Source: a bacterium
GTDB lineage: Bacteria; Zhuqueibacterota; Zhuqueibacteria; Oceanimicrobiales; Oceanimicrobiaceae
Length of the DNA stretch: 12,207 bases
NCBI GenBank assembly: GCA_046757165.1
Contig: JBHHXT010000145.1
Coordinates: 1-12,207, forward strand
Direction of reading: 5' to 3'
This document shows, piece after piece, positions 1-5,938 of the stretch. A model generated the notes under the pieces. That model was not told the DNA's origin and did not search any database. It saw only the letters and a list, made by a program, of their open reading frames with translations. Each line of letters opens with the position of its first letter. Positions within the stretch are counted from its first letter, which is position 1. Position numbers and translations under genes: made by a program.

Positions 1-48
1 GGCGCGAAGCGCTAAATGACTTTTTTCGCAGCGAAGTCTGCGAAAAAA
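1..48. repeat. Palindromic intergenic repeat element (possibly cut by window start)
   Basis: GGCGC-GAA-GCGC mini-hairpin, then AAATGAC, then an 11-bp stem TTTTTTCGCAG(21-31)/CTGCGAAAAAA(38-48). Bases 1-31 match 2469-2499 at 28/31 positions. Confidence 0.7.
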
Positions 49-145
49 TCTAGGCTGTTAGGTTTGCGCAATGCTCTAATCAACGCGCCTGCTACAGCCT
101 ATCTACCTGCCAAACAATTTTCATCCTCTTCCTCATAATGTCGTT

Positions 146-187
146 TAGTGCTACCAAATGCAAAACTGCTTGCATTTGGTAGCACTA
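146..187. promoter_or_regulatory. Perfect 18-bp inverted repeat, candidate operator
   Basis: TAGTGCTACCAAATGCAA (146-163), 6-nt spacer, TTGCATTTGGTAGCACTA (170-187). The right arm contains the putative -35 box. The repeat is seen directly; the operator role is inferred. Confidence 0.65.
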
Positions 188-198
188 TGTGCTAAATT
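170..198 (+). promoter_or_regulatory. Putative sigma70 promoter for the ATPase
   Basis: TTGCAT (170-175), 17-nt spacer, TAAATT (193-198), preceded by an extended -10 TG (190-191). The predicted start falls near ATG 207. Confidence 0.55.
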
Positions 199-206
199 GT
201 TTGCGT

Positions 207-1358
207 ATGGTACAGCGAAGATTCTGGTTAGAAAAAATCGAGGAGGCGTGGCAGCGGCGCTCTGTTCTCTGGCTTTCCGGTGTGCGCCGGGTCGGCAAGA
301 CCTGCTTGTGCCAGAGCCTGCCAGAGATCGAGTACTTCGACTGCGAACTGCCACGCGTCCGCCGAACGATGGATGACCCCGAAGCGTTTCTAGAGGGCTT
401 GCGGTCTCGCCGGGTTGTGCTCGATGAGATTCATCGCCTGGGCAATCCCTCGGAGCTGCTGAAGATTGCCGCCGATTATTACTCCGATATTCGAGTGCTG
501 GCAACAGGATCTTCCACGCTTGGGGCCTCCGCTAAATTCAAAGACACGTTGGCCGGACGCAAGATGGAATTGTGGCTGACGCCCATGACCTCCGCCGATC
601 TCGATGACTTCGGGCAACCAGACTTGCCGTACCGCTTTCTTCATGGCGGACTTCCTCCTTTCTTTTTGTCCAGCGAGCTTCCGGAGCGTGAGTTTCAAGA
701 ATGGATGGATGCCTACTGGGCCAAGGACATTCAAGAACTCTTTCGTCTTGAGCGCCGGCATTCATTTCAAAAATTCGCGGAGCTGCTCATGGCGCAAAGC
801 GGCGGTATTTTCGAGGCGACCCGCTTTGCCGCACCCTGCGAAGTCAGCCGCAGCACCATTGCCAATTATCTCAGGGTCCTGGAGGCAACGTTTGTTGTCC
901 ACCTGCTGCGGCCGTTTAGCTCCCGGCGCGCGACTGAGATCGTTGCTGCTCCCAAAGTTTATGCCTTTGACTCCGGCTTTGTCTGCTATCACAGGGGGTG
1001 GCACGAGCTGCGCCGTGAAGACCTGGGGCTGCTGTGGGAGCACTTCGTTTTGAATGAGCTGCATGCCCGCTTGCAGTCCCGCAAAATTCACTACTGGCGA
1101 GATAAACGCGGCCATGAGGTGGATTTTGTGTTGGTGCAGCCAGGGCGCGAGCCCATCGCCATCGAATGCAAATGGGCCAGCGAGGGATTCGCTTCCGCCA
1201 ATTTCCAGGCCTTCCGGAAGCAGTATCCATCCGCGAAGTTCTTTGTGGTTGCGAAGGACGTCGAGCGACCCCACACACAGAGGTACCGGGACCTGGCCGT
1301 GCAATTCACTGGGTTGTCAGCATTGGTGGCAACGATCCTGCGCGAACGAGAGCAATGA
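207..1358 (+). CDS. AAA+ superfamily ATPase (AAA_14 + DUF4143 type) with C-terminal PD-(D/E)XK-like region
   Basis: Walker A GVRRVGKT, Walker B VVLDEIH, ATGSS, LAGR and GGLP motifs, HTH-like VSRSTIANYLRVLEATFVV, PKVYAFDSG, and YWRDKRGHEVDFV...AIECK. ATG 207 is preferred over GTG 189, which lies inside the promoter. Confidence 0.93.
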   Translation: MVQRRFWLEKIEEAWQRRSVLWLSGVRRVGKTCLCQSLPEIEYFDCELPRVRRTMDDPEAFLEGLRSRRVVLDEIHRLGNPSELLKIAADYYSDIRVLATGSSTLGASAKFKDTLAGRKMELWLTPMTSADLDDFGQPDLPYRFLHGGLPPFFLSSELPEREFQEWMDAYWAKDIQELFRLERRHSFQKFAELLMAQSGGIFEATRFAAPCEVSRSTIANYLRVLEATFVVHLLRPFSSRRATEIVAAPKVYAFDSGFVCYHRGWHELRREDLGLLWEHFVLNELHARLQSRKIHYWRDKRGHEVDFVLVQPGREPIAIECKWASEGFASANFQAFRKQYPSAKFFVVAKDVERPHTQRYRDLAVQFTGLSALVATILREREQ

Positions 1359-1451
1359 ATCATCTGTGGAGGTGGCGTTTCAAATCCGGAAGAATGGGTT
1401 CACATTAAGAATTCTGTCCGTCGTTGAGCCCATGCTTTACCAGCAGTCCTG

Positions 1452-2375
1452 TCACAGTTTGTTTGATAGAGTCGGCTTTGAAACGATGTCCCACGAGTAC
1501 ATTTTTATTTCGACACGACGATTTTTTCGGGCAGCCTGTTCCTTCTTATCCCCGCCGACATAATCGGTTTGAAGCAATTCCTTTTCACCCCGGCCCAGAA
1601 GATCGCCTATTTGTCTTTCAGAGACTCCAAGTTCAATGAGATGTTCTCTGACATTATAGGCTCTTTGTGTCGAGAGCTTGGCATTGTAATCATCAGCGCC
1701 TTCAGAATCAGTGTGGCCAATGATGTCTGCCTTTACGCTTGTGTCAACCGAGATCAGATTGGCACACGTTCTTAGTTTTTCTCTTTCGGTCTCTTTCAAA
1801 CTTTCTACGTTGCTCTTATTGAGAGCAAAGTAGACGACCTCCATTTGAATTTGGTTTTGAAGTTCGCCTATGAGCTGCTTATGAGTGAATTCTTGTTTGG
1901 TCTTTCTGCTCAGGCCGTTGGTGCATTTGAGGATGTAGACCGATGAATCCGTTTCTGTGACGACCGACATGACACATCCATTCTCTATGTACCCCCTATG
2001 GATTCTGCCATCTCCACCCTCTGCCTCGATATTATCACCGCTGACCAAATAAAAATAAATCCGGTTGGTCTCACTTTGCGGCATTCCCAGATATCGAAAA
2101 ACCCTGTCTTTCATGGTGCCGAGTTCTATGCCCTCATCCTTGAAGAAATCTCGCATGACTCTTCGAAGGACATCTTTAAGGACCTCTTTTTGTTTCTCAG
2201 GACTGTGTTTGTGTAAGTTGTCCAGCATGGACGCGCTTTCTGAATCCATTCTTCTCACAGGAGGGATGTCATTTATCAGGTTGACGGGCGCGATCTTCCT
2301 GATGCGGCAACCTGAAAAGATGATGAGCGCCAGAGTGAGAAAAACGTAAAACAAGATAGTACTCTTCTTGATCAT
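1452..2375 (-). CDS. OmpA-family (OmpA_C-like peptidoglycan-binding) lipoprotein
   Basis: Signal peptide with lipobox FSG-C at Cys23. C-terminal VYFALNKS...IIGHTDSEGADDYNAKLSTQRAYNV...GRGE...NRRVEI. Strong SD AGAGGAGG upstream of the ATG. Confidence 0.92.
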   Translation of the reverse strand: MIKKSTILFYVFLTLALIIFSGCRIRKIAPVNLINDIPPVRRMDSESASMLDNLHKHSPEKQKEVLKDVLRRVMRDFFKDEGIELGTMKDRVFRYLGMPQSETNRIYFYLVSGDNIEAEGGDGRIHRGYIENGCVMSVVTETDSSVYILKCTNGLSRKTKQEFTHKQLIGELQNQIQMEVVYFALNKSNVESLKETEREKLRTCANLISVDTSVKADIIGHTDSEGADDYNAKLSTQRAYNVREHLIELGVSERQIGDLLGRGEKELLQTDYVGGDKKEQAARKNRRVEIKMYSWDIVSKPTLSNKL

Positions 2376-2410
2376 GGTATCCTCCTCTTTTGATCTTCGG
2401 GACTGTCGAG

Positions 2411-2499
2411 TGCTCTGCGGGCGTCATTGAGCAGGCGAGGACCAAATGACGCCCGCAGGGCAAATGACGGCGCGAAGCGCCACATGACTCTTTTCGCAG
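2411..2499. repeat. Intergenic palindromic element: long hairpin plus AAATGAC/mini-hairpin modules
   Basis: 14-bp perfect stem CTGCGGGCGTCATT(2415-2428)/AATGACGCCCGCAG(2445-2458), extendable to 18 bp with one mismatch. Modules read CAAATGAC-GCCC(GCA)GGGC-AAATGAC-GGCGC(GAA)GCGCC-ACATGAC. Shares sequence with 1-31. Confidence 0.7.
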
Positions 2500-2510
2500 T
2501 GACGCTCCAA

Positions 2511-2858
2511 CTATGAACAACCTGAGCTCTCTTTGAGCAGCATCAATCTTAGCAACACCGCGGGCGCGCCAACGCCAAAACCAAGCCCCGTCAGAACCCT
2601 GATCACTGTTGTGCTTTCCCACGTCGCTGTCGAGAGTAAAGTCACATCAACAACCATAGGTAGGAGGAGAAGCAAGGCCACCTTAGGCCCTGGCAAAGCC
2701 GACCGGTAGGCCAGGACCGGGAAGATGAGCGACCCGATCAATATCCCGCTACACCGAAAACATAGCGGAAACTGAGCGCCGAACAGAAAAAAACTTCGCT
2801 CCGGCAGTTGATGGCACAAATAGCCACAGATCTTAAAACTCAAGTCGTACAAATCCAT
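2511..2858 (-). CDS. DUF2085-type small membrane protein
   Basis: Signature CHQLPERSFF...QFPLCFRCSGI, later LLPMVVD and RVLTGLGFG, with about 3 hydrophobic segments. Confidence 0.85.
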   Translation of the reverse strand: MDLYDLSFKICGYLCHQLPERSFFLFGAQFPLCFRCSGILIGSLIFPVLAYRSALPGPKVALLLLLPMVVDVTLLSTATWESTTVIRVLTGLGFGVGAPAVLLRLMLLKESSGCS

Positions 2859-2910
2859 CTGCTTCTTCCAAACTTAAGTATTGGTTTTCATAAATTCGAT
2901 GACATATCGC

Positions 2911-2991
2911 CTCACGCAAAGCCGCAAAGTCCGCAGAGAAATGAGGGTCAAAAATAAACAAACTCTGCGTGCTCGGCGTTCTTTGCGTGAG
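2911..2991. repeat. Imperfect inverted-repeat element built from CGCA(A/G)AG units
   Basis: Left arm CTCACGCAAAG-CCGCAAAG-TCCGCAGAG (2911-2938). Right arm CTCTGCG-TGCTCGGCG-TTCTTTGCGTGAG (2963-2991). The terminal 11 bp pair perfectly around an A-rich loop. Confidence 0.75.
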
Positions 2992-3034
2992 ATTAAAGAC
3001 GTAATAGTATTTTCGAATTCCTGTACTTACTTAC

Positions 3035-5899
3035 TCAGCGGCTCGCAGGGCGTTGACGCGCTTTCCTCCCCCTCATCAGGAACATCCCGATGACGGCAGA
3101 AATCATCGTCAGGCACGGCGACAAACAATTGCTCTTCGTTTCCCGGCGCTCCGCAACGTTCCCGGCTTTGTCTGAGACGCGGCCATAGACAGAGTATTTT
3201 TGAATTTTGAACGGATAGTTCAAATGGACGGTGTAGTTGTAATCGTTGATTCTTTCCAGGCGCATCCCTGTGATCTTGCGTCCGTTGACGGTCAGCAATA
3301 GAGACGAGGGGTCGATGCCGGAGCCAAAGTCTTTCAGCTCACCCTCCAGGTAGATGTACGGCAGGTTATAGTCGCATCCAACCAAATCATACTGAGGTGC
3401 GATGGTGTCAAGAATGGGCTTGGCCGCTTGTGTCCGTGCTTTGTTTCCGGCGAGGTCCTCAACGAAGAGAACAACTTTGATGCTGTCCCCAAACTCGCTT
3501 CGACGGATAGCGGCTTTGTTTTTCAGGAAATGGGTCACGCGGGTGGTTTGACCCTTCAGCCGAACCCGCAGGTTGCTGCGGTCAACTTGTTGTCCATTGA
3601 TCTCCAGGCGCAGGGAGTCGGCCAACAGACCCGAGCCGGTTTCGACGACTGTGGCAGTCACGCGCACCTGACGCCCTTCCTCGAGGTGGCCTGCTTTGGT
3701 CCCGGGTACCGTGGTCAGGGTGAAGGTTTTGATGGTGGGCGGTGTCAATTCGAATTGCGGAATTTCGATGCCATGCTTCTTGAAGGCTCGCTTGATTTCC
3801 CGGTAGTTTGGCGAGCTGGTGGCCAGGCGGCTGTCCTCCTCATCGGCCAGCAGGAGATTGACGCTGAATTCTTCGAAGGTAGCGGCAAGCGGTCGGTGTT
3901 TGAGCGCCTTCAGGATCAGGTCATCCGTAAACCTGCCGCCCTTTTCTGCGCTGTTGAGTTTTTCAATCATCTGTTCACGCAAGTCCCACAAGATCCCGGA
4001 AAGAATCTGACTGTTTTCGTGGGCATAGTCGCCGCTGCGGACACCGACCTTGAAATCCTCGGGATAGCTGAGCTTGTTGCGCAGCACACGATTGTACTGT
4101 TTGCCGACAGAATCCGTGGGAGCAGCAACCCGCACCTCCGGGTCGCCATTGAGCGAGCAGGCGAAATAGTCGGCCAGGGCCTCATGGATGGCGCCGGTTT
4201 CATCGCGAGTGGACAGCCGGTGCGGGCTCGGCGTTGCCGGGCTCAGAAGCCTGTAGAGCACCCCGTGCGAGTATTCATGGTAGATGACGTCGCTGCGCAG
4301 GCCAAGCGATTCTGCGAATCTCCCGAAAACCAGCTTGTCGGTGCCGCTGGCCGGATTGGGAAGATAGAAAGCATTGTCGGCATCTGAGACAACGAAAACA
4401 TCCACCGGGTTGTTGAGCACGTTGACATCGCAGCGCTCAGCAAAATAAGCCCGGGCCCGGTTCAGATGATAAAAAGTGTTGAACTGTGGCTCGACCCGGT
4501 CCAACACGATGTCAGCAATGCCATCCGTGGCGTTGCTGATGTTGACATTTGTATCTGCCAGAGATTTGCGAAACGCGTCCCTGGGCGGCGTGATTTTGGT
4601 CAAATAAAAGACCGGTTGGCGCGGCGAATCTTCCTTGAACATGCTGAAGTTTGGGTTGATGAGAAGGATGCTGAGCGGCTGCAGAGAGGTCGTGTCAGGC
4701 AGAGTGAATTCTCCCTTTTGCCCAATGCTGTTGTAGCCAAGCGAGTCGCTTCCGATCAAGCCGCTGCTCAGGGGGGCCATCGTTGCCGGACTTTCTTCCG
4801 GGGATTTGTCCAGGATGGCCATCTTGATATGACCGTTTGTCAAAGTTGTGGACAGCTTTTCTGCAAAAAGTGTTCTTCCATTCGCAGCTTCGACGACGTA
4901 GTGCCAGACCGCCATCGATTGCTCATGCTGGTTTGAGTGCCTACTTGCGTACAATTGATAGGCGAGTTTGTAGTCAAAGCTGGCCGGATTTTGCTGCTTG
5001 GGTTCAGGAAAAATGACAAGCCGGACATGCGTCGAATCGACCTCTTCGACCGCCTCGTATTTTTTCAATCTGGTCACGATTTCCCTGAGCGCCAGAGGCA
5101 GTGTGTCCGCACGTACCGCAATATCGGGAAACAAATCCAGGCCGAATTGGACAATGGCCTCGCCACGGATGACGACGCTTGCCTCGCTCCCGAAGACCGG
5201 AACCCTCTCTGCCGAGAGCGGAAGATCGACCTGCTGTCCAAAAGTTACCACCCACCCGCCTTTGAGCCTGACGACCGGCGCGGAATAGAGCGTGGCCGGA
5301 TCCAGTCCTGCCAGGACGGCATGGATGTCCTTGTTGTCATCAATATATTTTGTCAGGGTTTCGCGCGCAGCCTGGGCCGCTTCCGCTTCAGTCCGGGGTG
5401 CTTGAGCAAGGCGGATAGCGGATCCGACAACCCGGTGAGGCATCCCCGTTAGTTTGTTGAACCAGGTTCGCCAGATATCTTCAGGACTGGCTTTGACGAG
5501 CACAGAGGTCGTATCGATCGACTGCTGCCACGCCATGCGCGAACCCTGCCCGGGCGGCTCATTCAGAACCACCCTCAGCCCCGGACGGCTGAAGCGCTCG
5601 ACAGTCTGGCTGGACAGGACAGCGGTGATAAACCCCTCGCCGTCGACTCGGATTTCATAAGTGCCAGGGTCGAGATGAAAACTCGATTTTCCCCGTGGGG
5701 TTGTCTCGGCCGTGGCCACGAGTGAATCTTGCAACCAGACGCGTACGCGGGCGTTGGTCAGGGGCGTGTGACCGACCGGCTCCTGCCAATTGCGGGCCAG
5801 GACTTCTATTTCGAAGCCGGTACGAAAGTGGAGATAAAAGAAGACTCCGATGGCCAGCAGGCCCGCAGTGAGAAAGGCAAGAATGCGGCGTGGTGTCAT
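3035..5899 (-). CDS. Secreted/membrane-anchored zinc metalloprotease, thermolysin-like (M4/M36, clan MA), paralog 2
   Basis: N-terminal hydrophobic segment, beta-sandwich (GTYEIRVDGEGF), propeptide-like region (WHYVVEAANG), NAFY, HEYSH (4265-4279), ETGAIHEALADYF, AHENSQI, Ig-like repeats (VEDLAGN, VSDKAGN) and a C-terminal CLSPC-hydrophobic-basic tail. SD GGAGG. Confidence 0.88.
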   Translation of the reverse strand: MTPRRILAFLTAGLLAIGVFFYLHFRTGFEIEVLARNWQEPVGHTPLTNARVRVWLQDSLVATAETTPRGKSSFHLDPGTYEIRVDGEGFITAVLSSQTVERFSRPGLRVVLNEPPGQGSRMAWQQSIDTTSVLVKASPEDIWRTWFNKLTGMPHRVVGSAIRLAQAPRTEAEAAQAARETLTKYIDDNKDIHAVLAGLDPATLYSAPVVRLKGGWVVTFGQQVDLPLSAERVPVFGSEASVVIRGEAIVQFGLDLFPDIAVRADTLPLALREIVTRLKKYEAVEEVDSTHVRLVIFPEPKQQNPASFDYKLAYQLYASRHSNQHEQSMAVWHYVVEAANGRTLFAEKLSTTLTNGHIKMAILDKSPEESPATMAPLSSGLIGSDSLGYNSIGQKGEFTLPDTTSLQPLSILLINPNFSMFKEDSPRQPVFYLTKITPPRDAFRKSLADTNVNISNATDGIADIVLDRVEPQFNTFYHLNRARAYFAERCDVNVLNNPVDVFVVSDADNAFYLPNPASGTDKLVFGRFAESLGLRSDVIYHEYSHGVLYRLLSPATPSPHRLSTRDETGAIHEALADYFACSLNGDPEVRVAAPTDSVGKQYNRVLRNKLSYPEDFKVGVRSGDYAHENSQILSGILWDLREQMIEKLNSAEKGGRFTDDLILKALKHRPLAATFEEFSVNLLLADEEDSRLATSSPNYREIKRAFKKHGIEIPQFELTPPTIKTFTLTTVPGTKAGHLEEGRQVRVTATVVETGSGLLADSLRLEINGQQVDRSNLRVRLKGQTTRVTHFLKNKAAIRRSEFGDSIKVVLFVEDLAGNKARTQAAKPILDTIAPQYDLVGCDYNLPYIYLEGELKDFGSGIDPSSLLLTVNGRKITGMRLERINDYNYTVHLNYPFKIQKYSVYGRVSDKAGNVAERRETKSNCLSPCLTMISAVIGMFLMRGRKARQRPASR

Positions 5900-5938
5900 T
5901 TTCCCTCCGATGTGAAGTGAATTCTGCCGGACGACTCC

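Noticed and set aside
1359..1451. Expected terminator between the convergent ATPase and OmpA genes
   Set aside because: No convincing GC stem with a U tract on either strand.
151..1563. Alternative-frame and antisense ORFs over the ATPase
   Set aside because: They overlap a motif-rich gene and have no recognisable protein features.
2411..2991. Short repeats as a possible CRISPR array
   Set aside because: No constant-length direct repeats with unique spacers, and no cas genes.
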